Virus record (IMG/VR): IMGVR_UViG_3300032334_001923
Location: 1 to 64,000 of that record
Direction: 5' to 3' (one strand)
Origin: a virus
DNA length: 64,000 nucleotides
Position 1 is the stretch's first letter. Each line of letters begins with the position of its first letter. The notes beneath the pieces are model-generated. The model saw only the letters and a list, made by a program, of their open reading frames with translations, was not told the DNA's origin and did not search any database. A program made the translations under genes and the position numbers. Positions 26,919 through 35,677 of this stretch are shown here, one piece after another.

Positions 26919-29552
26919 ATGAAAACCATGGAATTCATAAACCAAGTTAAAAAACTAAAAGAGCAAACTAAGTCTCCAGCGGTTAGACAGCTTTGCGAAA
27001 GCTATCTTAGTGGTAGCAGTAAGGTTTCAAAAGAAACCATTGCAGAGGCATTAAACGAACACGAGTCACAGAACGAACCTTTTTCTAAGACCCAGAACTA
27101 TAGAGAAGCAATTAAAGCTGAGGAGCTACAAACAGCTAAGAAATTAGCTGATTCACTAATGGAATCTTGGGGAGGACTCGGAGGCTCAAAAGCTTCAACC
27201 AACTCAGGATCTTATCAGGCAAAAGACGAAAAGAAAGAAAACGGATCTCTGATGGAGAGTCTATCGAATCTTTCGGTGAATGATGAAAGCCTTAACTCTT
27301 TCATGGACGCTCAACAACTTAAAAACTTGGGAGTTATGGAGTCTATCGCAAAGATAAAAGGTTCATCTATCTATGAATATCCAGCGGTTAAAGTTATCTG
27401 TGAAAAATATTCTAATTTAATACAAGTAAAAAGAATCCCAGAATTTGCTTTAGCCCACAACTTTATTGCTGAAGCTTCTTCTTTCAATTGGGATAACACT
27501 GTTAAATCTCTTGTAGAATCTCTTCACAAGAAGATACAAGAAAATAGCAGAGAGATTGAAGTTTCTAAAGTTTTAGAATCTATTAAATCTAGCGGAAGCC
27601 ATTCTTTCTATTCAGAATTAAGTGATACATTAAACACTTGGCTAGTTTCAGAAAGCAAATCATCAGGCGTTCTTGCTAAGAGCATCTCTAAATATTCTTT
27701 CAATCCGGTTGTTAGAAATCTAATTAACTTTTTAAATGTCAACGAAGCTAGCGACACAAGAAAACTTGAAATCCCTTTTAAATCTCAGGGAGAGTCTAGC
27801 GTATCTAGAATCTTCTCTCCTGTTTTAGTTGAAGAAGGTAGAACTGTTATTGCTATCGGTAAAGATCTTTTCGAAGCTACTGGTGAGGAGTTTTCGAGAA
27901 TGAGCAAAACTGAAGTTAACGGAGTTTCTCAAGATTTCTTAGCGTTAGTATCTGCTGTTAATTCAAAAGGTGTTAAAGTTAACGAGAATGGAATATTCGT
28001 TCAACTTGGTAAAAAATCTGTTAGACTTATCGAAGAAGGAAATGATATTTCTGTTTATCTGGATAAATCTAAGCTTACGTTCAGAACACTAGGAGAACTT
28101 GCTAAGATGTTAAATCTTGAAGGTGGAGCTTATTTCGGAATGAACGAAAGTCAAGCGATAGGAAATGTTATCACTCTATATAAAGGATACAACGATGTTG
28201 TTGAACTCGATTTTGCTAAATCTATAGTTTCTAACATTTATGAAGGTGCTAGTGTTAACCTTATTAAATGGGGAGGAAAGATCTACCTTCAAAGAATAAA
28301 TGAAGGAATGAGAGAGAATTCAATCTTCAAGGTTAACGGATCTCAAGCTGTTAAAATGGTTAAGGACTTCTTAAGATATGACATATCTGAAGGTCTTACT
28401 GATTTCTTAGACGGTGAGAACAAGGTTAAATCTATTATGATCAACGACAGAACAAAAGTTCTTGAGAATATTACTAGAGTAGAATCTGAGATTTCTAAAG
28501 TAGAGGGCCTAATGGAAAACAACCCTCTATATGCAGAATCAAAGCAAATGAAAGCTGCTCACTCTATTTTAAACAATGAACTTACAGTTCTAAAAGAAAA
28601 ATGGAATCAAATAAATCTAGAACTAGAAAGAATCGAAATCAATACATCTGCTTTGGATTCAGATCTTTTAGAAGATGAAAAATTCAATATAGGATCTTAC
28701 ATAAAAGTTAAAGAATCTGGAGAAACTGGAAAAATAATTTCTATGGACGGATCTTCAGGAAGATATACAGTACTTCTTGACAATGGAAGGGCATCAGAAT
28801 TTCTAGTAAATGAGATTCAAGACATAGAAGAGGCTTTATCCCAAGCAGCTGAAAGAAATGAGGAGTCTTCAGATGAGGATGGTGAAGAGGAAGTAAAAGA
28901 AGCTAACAACTTCAACAAGTCTCAACTTTCAGAAGAGGAGCAAAAGAAAATCTTAAAGACTCTTGCTGATAATCACTCATTTTCTAAAGCACCAAAAGGG
29001 GTTCATGATAAAATAGAAATGGAAATGGATTCAGTTCATGGCTACAATGTATCGATGAACGAGGGATCTAAAAAAGAAGGGGCATTATCTAAAGCACCAG
29101 GAGATAGCAAAATAGGATCGGGAAAGGACGGTAATAAAAATAATTTAGCTAAAGCTCCAGGAAACGATAAAATGCAAAAATCTAAAGTTGAAGGTGAAGA
29201 TTTGTTAGATAACAAAGCACCAGAGACTAAGAAGAAAACTGAATTCGACAGTCAAGATGCAGAAGGAAAAAAATACGATATTGGATATAATTTAAGAGAA
29301 GGTGAAAAAAACACCTTAGCTGACGCTCCAGAAAGTGGAAAACAAGCTCCTGAAACAAAAAGAACAACTGACACAAATTTAGTTGAAGCCCCTGAAAAAG
29401 GAACTAACGCTAAAGAAACTAGTGCTACTGCTACAATCGCCAAAAAACAAAACTTGGCTCAAGCACCTGGTAAAGAAGGAGATATTGGTTACGAAGCAAA
29501 CAAAAAAATCGGATATAATCTTTCTGAGTCTGACGAAGTAAAAAAAAAGTAA
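26919..29552 (+). CDS. Large putative prohead-core/internal head protein with C-terminal LxxAP repeats; possibly extended to 29710 by a -1 frameshift
   Basis: Many L/M-x-E-S motifs, KOW/SH3-like segment FNIGSYIKVKESGETGKII, repeated L(S/A)KAP and GYNLxE. Confidence 0.5.
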   Translation: MKTMEFINQVKKLKEQTKSPAVRQLCESYLSGSSKVSKETIAEALNEHESQNEPFSKTQNYREAIKAEELQTAKKLADSLMESWGGLGGSKASTNSGSYQAKDEKKENGSLMESLSNLSVNDESLNSFMDAQQLKNLGVMESIAKIKGSSIYEYPAVKVICEKYSNLIQVKRIPEFALAHNFIAEASSFNWDNTVKSLVESLHKKIQENSREIEVSKVLESIKSSGSHSFYSELSDTLNTWLVSESKSSGVLAKSISKYSFNPVVRNLINFLNVNEASDTRKLEIPFKSQGESSVSRIFSPVLVEEGRTVIAIGKDLFEATGEEFSRMSKTEVNGVSQDFLALVSAVNSKGVKVNENGIFVQLGKKSVRLIEEGNDISVYLDKSKLTFRTLGELAKMLNLEGGAYFGMNESQAIGNVITLYKGYNDVVELDFAKSIVSNIYEGASVNLIKWGGKIYLQRINEGMRENSIFKVNGSQAVKMVKDFLRYDISEGLTDFLDGENKVKSIMINDRTKVLENITRVESEISKVEGLMENNPLYAESKQMKAAHSILNNELTVLKEKWNQINLELERIEINTSALDSDLLEDEKFNIGSYIKVKESGETGKIISMDGSSGRYTVLLDNGRASEFLVNEIQDIEEALSQAAERNEESSDEDGEEEVKEANNFNKSQLSEEEQKKILKTLADNHSFSKAPKGVHDKIEMEMDSVHGYNVSMNEGSKKEGALSKAPGDSKIGSGKDGNKNNLAKAPGNDKMQKSKVEGEDLLDNKAPETKKKTEFDSQDAEGKKYDIGYNLREGEKNTLADAPESGKQAPETKRTTDTNLVEAPEKGTNAKETSATATIAKKQNLAQAPGKEGDIGYEANKKIGYNLSESDEVKKK

Positions 29553-29647
29553 GTAAAAACTTTTACTTTGCCCCGCAAGCTGAAAATCAGAATGCACAGG
29601 GTAAAAAATTCGTAGATCCTTTAGAGGGAAGACTTAGTAAAGCCCCA
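28974..29647 (+). repeat. Degenerate coding repeats L-x-x-A-P / GYN-L-x-E
   Basis: FSKAP, LSKAP, LAKAP, NKAP, LADAP, LVEAP, LAQAP, plus LSKAP in the -1 frame extension. Confidence 0.7.
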
Positions 29648-29727
29648 ACAGGAGATGGTAAAAAAAGTGCAAACTTAGACTCCGAGGAGCCGGAAGAAGA
29701 CAAAGAATAAAAATAAACTTCTAATAG

Positions 29728-29757
29728 AGAGAATGCGATAGCATTCTCTTTTTTTTT
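29728..29757 (+). terminator. Intrinsic terminator
   Basis: AGAGAATGC-GATA-GCATTCTCT followed by T8. Confidence 0.85.
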
Positions 29758-29787
29758 GAAATATTTCACGTTATTCTGACTAAAATA
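29758..29787 (+). promoter_or_regulatory. Putative middle promoter driving gp55
   Basis: GAAAT-N17-CTAAAATA. Confidence 0.65.
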
Positions 29788-29815
29788 AAGATCATCCAAA
29801 CTAATAAACTATTCA

Positions 29816-30175
29816 ATGGCAAAAGATTATGTAAAAAACAGCGACCTAATGGCGGCTGTAATAGAATCCAAAAAACAAGGAAAATTAACACCGGATACTA
29901 TAGCTATGTTTACCCTTATGATTCAGGGTATCTCAAAGAAAATGGCTTATAAAGATCCGGAGGATAAGGAGGATTGCATGGCTTTTGCAATGGAAGATCT
30001 CTGTAAATACTGGGACAGATTTAATCCCGAAAAATCAAACAATCCCTTTGCTTATTTCACCCAGATTGCAAAGAATGGATTTGCTAAAGGCTGGAAGAAA
30101 TTACATCCACCTAAGAGTCCTAAAACTATACCGTTCAGTTACATCACGGGTGATGATAATTCATATAACGTTTAG
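29816..30175 (+). CDS. gp55: Late transcription sigma factor (T4 gp55-like)
   Basis: YVKNSDL, FNPEKSNNPFAYFTQIAKNGF. Confidence 0.9.
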   Translation: MAKDYVKNSDLMAAVIESKKQGKLTPDTIAMFTLMIQGISKKMAYKDPEDKEDCMAFAMEDLCKYWDRFNPEKSNNPFAYFTQIAKNGFAKGWKKLHPPKSPKTIPFSYITGDDNSYNV

Positions 30176-30182
30176 AAACTAG

Positions 30183-30668
30183 ATGACAGATATAAAAAAA
30201 GTAAAACCTAATGGTGATTATAAGTCCGGGAAATTCGAGCCCTCTAATCCTGATAAGTATATTGGTGATATTCACAATATAATATACAGATCCTCTTGGG
30301 AATATAGATTCTGTGTCTATTGTGATAATAACGAATCCATATTGAAGTGGAGCTCTGAACCAATGGCTATCAAGTACTTTAATCCTCTAGATAAGAAAGA
30401 ACACGATTATAATGTTGATTTCTATATAAAGGTTGTTAAAGAAGACGGAAGTGAGCAAGAATGGATATTGGAAATAAAGCCAGAAAAACAAACCAAGAAG
30501 CCATTATACGAGGGAAACATGACACTTTCTAAGCTTAAATCTTATAACAGAAATATGCAGATTTGGATAACAAACCAGGCTAAGTTTAAATCTGCTAAGG
30601 AGTGGGCTGAAAAGAGAGGATTTAGATTTGGTGTCGTGGATGAGAATTTTTTATTTAAAAGCAAATAA
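30183..30668 (+). CDS. gp4: Head completion nuclease (T4 gp4 / TnsA-like)
   Basis: GKFEPSNPDKYIGD..IIYRSSWE, WSSE, EIKPEKQT, NQAKF. Confidence 0.9.
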   Translation: MTDIKKVKPNGDYKSGKFEPSNPDKYIGDIHNIIYRSSWEYRFCVYCDNNESILKWSSEPMAIKYFNPLDKKEHDYNVDFYIKVVKEDGSEQEWILEIKPEKQTKKPLYEGNMTLSKLKSYNRNMQIWITNQAKFKSAKEWAEKRGFRFGVVDENFLFKSK

Positions 30669-31273
30669 TGAAATACTCAGAATCAGCTTTAAAATATAAA
30701 AAGGAGTTCAAAAGTGTCTCGGATCTAGTTTCGGGAACAGATGAGACGTTTAAGAAAAAATACTTCAGAGGAGGAAAATCTGAAAAGGTATTCTCCTCCC
30801 CCTTTATACCAGGTCAAATATATTCGTTCTATTATAACACAGATTCTGAATTAAGCGAAAAAAGACCTTTCATAAACAGAAATCCTATAGTTTTATGTAC
30901 TGACACGTTCCGTAAGAAGGAATACGGAACAGTTCTTAAAGGAATAGATCTGGTAACAGTCCCTCCTCCTTATAAGATTCAGATTCTTTCTAAAATTTAC
31001 GACAGCTTTTCTAATACTATAGAGAGAAACGAGGAGGCTTCTAAAAACGGAGGAGCTATATCACCCATTCAATTGAAAGATAGTCTTTTAGAGAGAGCAT
31101 TAAATGGAACCGGATATAAAAAATCGGTTTTTGGATTCAAAGCTTCGTTTATGCAGGAGATAAAAATTCTGGACCTGGAGGATTGGTATAAGATCCCGTA
31201 TTTGAGGTACTCAGAGATAGAGGGCTTGGATCTCCAGGGGATATATAGCGAGTATGAATCGAAATTAATTTAA
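30668..31273 (+). CDS. gp2: DNA end protector (T4 gp2-like)
   Basis: FIPGQIYSFYY motif; adjacent to gp4 as in T4-like phages. Confidence 0.55.
   Translation: MKYSESALKYKKEFKSVSDLVSGTDETFKKKYFRGGKSEKVFSSPFIPGQIYSFYYNTDSELSEKRPFINRNPIVLCTDTFRKKEYGTVLKGIDLVTVPPPYKIQILSKIYDSFSNTIERNEEASKNGGAISPIQLKDSLLERALNGTGYKKSVFGFKASFMQEIKILDLEDWYKIPYLRYSEIEGLDLQGIYSEYESKLI
31240..31247 (+). promoter_or_regulatory. Putative late promoter for the portal genes
   Basis: GATATATA inside the 3' end of the upstream gene, 59 nt before ATG 31307. Confidence 0.6.
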
Positions 31274-31306
31274 AAAAAGGACTAAAATAATTCAAAGAGA
31301 AGTTAA

Positions 31307-32920
31307 ATGGCTGGTTTTGTAAATAATAATAACCCCTCAGAATCTCCGGTAATACAGAGAATAAGAGAATCCGTAAAGAGGCTTAGTACCTTTGGGATGA
31401 AGTATGATGACATGGTCATCAGAAACTCCCAGGCGGTTGGGGTTACCGAGGCTGCTTTCCTAAACAAAAATAAGTCAAATGTAGAAGATGAAAGCATGCT
31501 TTGGACATTGGCCAAACAGGATATAACCACAAAGCAATTTGTCTCTTATTTTGATAAAGATTATAAGGGAAAAAGAGATTATCTTAGAAAATTTTCTCTC
31601 AATCCTGAGATAGAGTGGGTGCTTGATACAATCTGTGACGAGTCCGTTTCGTATGACCCAGCAAACTTTTTTGCATACCCTGACTTTCTAGACCTTACTG
31701 ATATAAACGAAAAGATAAAGGACGAGCTTTACGAGACTTATAAGAAAATATACGATTTCTGGGGATTCAATGATGATATCTCTGCATGGCAGTATTTTAG
31801 ACAGTTTCTTGTTGATGGGTTTTTATGCTTTGAGATAATCTATGATAATTCGGGAAAAGAAATAGTCGGATTTAAGGAGCTTGATCCTATAACAATAGTT
31901 CCTAGTGTTGAAAAACAAATAGATGGATCTTTCTTAAATACTTGGACTCAATTTCCACAAGATCCCAGAAAGAGAAGGATACTCTATGATCCTCAGGTGA
32001 TCTATATTTCTTACGCTAAAGGTAATTCAATCTCGAGAATAAGCTACATTGAGAGACTTATTAGACCTTACAATATTCTTAGAATTATAGAATATACCAG
32101 GGTTATATGGTCTGTTATGAATGCTTCTTTTAGACTTAAGATGACAGTTCCTATAGGAACTAAATCACAACAGAAAGGGCTTCAAACTCTGGGCGAGCTT
32201 ATGAGTATCTACAAGGAGGATGTTCAGTTAAATGATGATACCGGAGAACTTCTTATTGACGGAAGACCTAAAATACAGTTCTATAAGAATTATCTGATGC
32301 CTTCTGGCGTTAACGGAACTCCTACTATCGAGCCTTTAAATACCGAAGGACCTAACCTTAATGACAATCAGCCACTAAGTTATTTCTTTGATAAGTTTGT
32401 ACTTGAATCTAAAATACCTGCATCTAGATTTCATCAGCCAGACGGAGGAAACACTTCTGCTTATGCTAATGCTGCTGAGGGTTTAGATAAGGAAGAGATT
32501 AGGTTTTCTAAATTTATTTCCAGACTTAGATCTATATTCCAGGAAATCATGACCAAACCTCTTTGGGTTCAGATGGTTAAAAAACATCCCGAATTAGAAA
32601 AAGACTTTATGTTCAAGAGTCAGTTAGGTCTTGATTATTTTTCTGACAATCCCTTTAAAATAAATCAGGAGATTGACATAATAAATAAAAAGAAAGAGGC
32701 TGTTTCTTCGATGGCGGGATTAATGGGAGACGGAGAAAAAACATATTTCTCTGTTCCTTTCTTAATTGAAACATTCCTTGGATTATCTAAACAGGATATC
32801 AAGGCGAATAAAGAGGCTATAGAGAGAAGAGAAAAAAAGAAAGAAAAAGAGAGTAAAGAAGGCGAGGGAGGAGAAGAAGGTGGCGAAGAAGGAGAAGGAG
32901 GAGAAGCAGTAACATTATAA
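31307..32920 (+). CDS. gp20: Portal protein, copy 1
   Basis: PEIEWVLDTICDE, FRQFLVDG, SYIERLIRPYNILRIIE, YKNYLMP, FDKFVLESKIPASR, FSKFISRLRSIF. Confidence 0.92.
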   Translation: MAGFVNNNNPSESPVIQRIRESVKRLSTFGMKYDDMVIRNSQAVGVTEAAFLNKNKSNVEDESMLWTLAKQDITTKQFVSYFDKDYKGKRDYLRKFSLNPEIEWVLDTICDESVSYDPANFFAYPDFLDLTDINEKIKDELYETYKKIYDFWGFNDDISAWQYFRQFLVDGFLCFEIIYDNSGKEIVGFKELDPITIVPSVEKQIDGSFLNTWTQFPQDPRKRRILYDPQVIYISYAKGNSISRISYIERLIRPYNILRIIEYTRVIWSVMNASFRLKMTVPIGTKSQQKGLQTLGELMSIYKEDVQLNDDTGELLIDGRPKIQFYKNYLMPSGVNGTPTIEPLNTEGPNLNDNQPLSYFFDKFVLESKIPASRFHQPDGGNTSAYANAAEGLDKEEIRFSKFISRLRSIFQEIMTKPLWVQMVKKHPELEKDFMFKSQLGLDYFSDNPFKINQEIDIINKKKEAVSSMAGLMGDGEKTYFSVPFLIETFLGLSKQDIKANKEAIERREKKKEKESKEGEGGEEGGEEGEGGEAVTL

Positions 32921-32930
32921 AAAAATTGAG

Positions 32931-34556
32931 ATGGCAGGATTTTTAGACGCATTTAAACCAAATCAGTCCGCACTAGGAAACATAATTCGAAACCTTGGAA
33001 AAATATCCAAGTTTGGAATGGAGTATGATGATATGGTTGTGAGGAACTCTCAAGCTATTGGTAAAACAGAGTCAGCTTTCTTTAATCAGCAAGGAACCGG
33101 ATTCACGGAAAATGACGCTTTTTACTGGACCCTATCATATCAAGACACTAGAGTTAGAAAATACATAGCTTACTTTGATAAAGATTATATCGAAAAAAGA
33201 AATTTTCTTAGAAAATTTTCTCTTAACGGTGAGATAGAGTTTATCATAGATACTATTACCGACGAATCTATTTCTTATGATGATAGAAATTTTTTCGCCA
33301 GACCTTCTTTTATAAATCTTCAGGATCTCAAAGAAAGAACTAAAGATAAAATAGAGGAGAATTTCAATAGACTCTATAATGTGTTTGGCTTCCAGAATTC
33401 TATATCAGCATGGCAGCTATTCAAGCAATTCTTAGTTGATGGATTTTTAGCATTTGAAATAATCTATGACAATAAAGGCAAGGAAATAATCGGTTTTAAA
33501 GAACTGGATGCAACCTCACTTCAGCCTGCTGTTGAGAAAGTTGGTGAAAATGAATATAAACAGTTTTGGATTCAATATCCAAAAAATCCTCAAATGACTA
33601 GAAAGCTTACCAATGAGCAAGTCATTTATATCTCATATGCTAAGGGTAATTCTGTATCAAGAGTAAGCTATCTGGAGAGATTGGTTAGATCTTATAACAT
33701 TTTAAGAATAATGGAAAACTCAAGAGTTATCTGGAATGTTATGAATGCCTCCTATAGGTTAAAGTTTATAATCCCGACGGGAACCCAATCCCCACAGAAA
33801 GCAATGCAGACTTTGGGCCAGCTTATGTCTCATTATAAAGAGGAAATATCTCTTAATGACACATCGGGGGAATTAACGGTAAACGGTAAGCCTAAGGTTC
33901 AATTTTATAAGAATTATTTATTTCCTGAACAAAATGGACAATCCCCTCAGGTTGAGTCTTTAAATCCAAGTGGTCCGGATTTTAACGTAATGGAGAACGT
34001 TTTATACTTCTTCAATAAACTTAAAATGGACTCTAAAATACCTTATGCTCGATTTGCATCAAGAGGAGCTACTCCTATAAATTATCAGATAAGTATAGAT
34101 GCTCTGGAAAGAGATGAAATTAGATTTGAGAAATTTTTAAGAAGGCTTAGATCTGTTTTCCAGGAGATATTGGTTAAACCTCTATACATTCAGATGTGTT
34201 TAGATTACCCTGAACTTGCTAAAGATAGAAGCTTTAAAGTTAATCTTGGTCTTCAATTCTACAAGGATAGTCAATTCGAAGAAATCGTTGAACTTTCAAA
34301 TTACAAAAAAAGAACTGAGTTTATAGCAGGACTTTTAGAATTAAAAATGAAAGTTGGCGAAGAGGAAAAAACATACTTCGATAATGATTTCTTGATTCAA
34401 AGGTTCTTAGGATTAACCCCTGATCAGTTTAAGCTGAATGAGGAGTATAAAAAAAGAGAAGAGAAAGAAGCAGAAAAAGCATCTAAGGAAGAAGGTGGAG
34501 GAGAAGGTGAAGAGGGAGGCGAAGGTGAAGGAGGCGCAGAGGCAGTAACTTTATAA
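32931..34556 (+). CDS. gp20: Portal protein, copy 2
   Basis: GEIEFIIDTITDE, FKQFLVDG, SYLERLVRSYNILRIME, YKNYLFP, KIPYAR, FEKFLRRLRSVF. Confidence 0.92.
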   Translation: MAGFLDAFKPNQSALGNIIRNLGKISKFGMEYDDMVVRNSQAIGKTESAFFNQQGTGFTENDAFYWTLSYQDTRVRKYIAYFDKDYIEKRNFLRKFSLNGEIEFIIDTITDESISYDDRNFFARPSFINLQDLKERTKDKIEENFNRLYNVFGFQNSISAWQLFKQFLVDGFLAFEIIYDNKGKEIIGFKELDATSLQPAVEKVGENEYKQFWIQYPKNPQMTRKLTNEQVIYISYAKGNSVSRVSYLERLVRSYNILRIMENSRVIWNVMNASYRLKFIIPTGTQSPQKAMQTLGQLMSHYKEEISLNDTSGELTVNGKPKVQFYKNYLFPEQNGQSPQVESLNPSGPDFNVMENVLYFFNKLKMDSKIPYARFASRGATPINYQISIDALERDEIRFEKFLRRLRSVFQEILVKPLYIQMCLDYPELAKDRSFKVNLGLQFYKDSQFEEIVELSNYKKRTEFIAGLLELKMKVGEEEKTYFDNDFLIQRFLGLTPDQFKLNEEYKKREEKEAEKASKEEGGGEGEEGGEGEGGAEAVTL

Positions 34557-34573
34557 CTCTAAATTAAAAAAGT

Positions 34574-35626
34574 TTGGATCCCTTTATTTTTTACAAAGAA
34601 TTTAAAAAAACAAGATCACGTAAAATAGAATCTCTATCTGATCTTAATATACTCGTAGTAGGAGACGTTATGCTAGATCATTATATCTACGGATCAGCAA
34701 CAAGAATTTCTCCAGAAGCACCAGTTCCCGTAGTTTTAAAAAAAGAAGAAAAGTTTTTTCTGGGTGGAGCGGGTAATGTTTTTTCCAATATAATATCACT
34801 GGGAGGCAAATCTGAGATCCTAACTGTTCTTGGGAATGATGAAGGGTCTCAAAAGATCTTATCTATACTAAAAGACCTAACTTGTAAAAACCAGTCTCTT
34901 ATTTTCTATTCTGACGACAGGAAAACAACAGTAAAGTCAAGAGTAATGTCAGGAGGACACCAGATGTTAAGAATAGATGATGAAACGACTAACCCCATAG
35001 ATGTCCAATTGGAGGATTTGATATTAACTGAATTCTCTTTATGTTGCGGAAATTACTCGGGAGTGATACTTCAGGATTATAATAAGGGTGTTCTAACCCC
35101 TAGAGTTATAGAAGGAATAATAGAAAAATGTAAGGAGAAAAAAATTCCAGTTATAGTAGATCCTAAAAAGAATAACATACAATCTTACAGAGGATCCACC
35201 ATTTTTAAACCTAATTTTTCGGAGTTTTGCAATATAGTTGGAAAAGAAATAGACCCTAACGATCAAAGCTCTATTTCTAAATATTCCTCACTTCTAAGAA
35301 AAGAAATGGATGTAGAAAATCTGGTTATAACAATGTCAGATCTTGGTATTTATTTTTCCAGCTCATTTTGCGATTCTTTTAGTCCAGCATACGAAGTTAA
35401 GGTATCAGATGTGTCCGGAGCAGGAGACACTGTTTTGGCTATGCTGTCCCTTTGTTATCTAGCAGGGACAGATCCTAAAAATATGCTATCCCTATGTAAT
35501 CTTGCGGGGTCCATAGCATGTAGTAAAGTCGGTGCAGTATCTGTCAAGTTATCAGAAATAGAAAATCACCCCGAGATGAAAAAGAAGATAAGTGAAGAAA
35601 GAATTTTTATTTTTGATAATAATTAA
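34574..35626 (+). CDS. hldE: D-glycero-beta-D-manno-heptose-7-phosphate kinase (HldE/RfaE domain I, PfkB family)
   Basis: VVGDVMLDHY..RISPEAPVPVV, GGAGNV, QDYNKGVLT, VDPK, DVSGAGDTV. Confidence 0.93.
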   Translation: MDPFIFYKEFKKTRSRKIESLSDLNILVVGDVMLDHYIYGSATRISPEAPVPVVLKKEEKFFLGGAGNVFSNIISLGGKSEILTVLGNDEGSQKILSILKDLTCKNQSLIFYSDDRKTTVKSRVMSGGHQMLRIDDETTNPIDVQLEDLILTEFSLCCGNYSGVILQDYNKGVLTPRVIEGIIEKCKEKKIPVIVDPKKNNIQSYRGSTIFKPNFSEFCNIVGKEIDPNDQSSISKYSSLLRKEMDVENLVITMSDLGIYFSSSFCDSFSPAYEVKVSDVSGAGDTVLAMLSLCYLAGTDPKNMLSLCNLAGSIACSKVGAVSVKLSEIENHPEMKKKISEERIFIFDNN

Positions 35627-35659
35627 TTTTTTTTCATCCGAGATTATTTCTTACATTTG
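35625..35659 (+). promoter_or_regulatory. Putative early promoter (Bacteroidota type)
   Basis: AATTTTTTTTCATCCG-N11-TACATTTG. Confidence 0.75.
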
Positions 35660-35677
35660 CTTTAAATAAAAAAACAA

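Noticed and set aside
30183-30668. Tn7 TnsA transposase / mobile element
   Set aside because: The TnsA-like fold is the T4 gp4 head-completion protein in normal gp55-gp4-gp2 context; no transposon ends or tnsB/C
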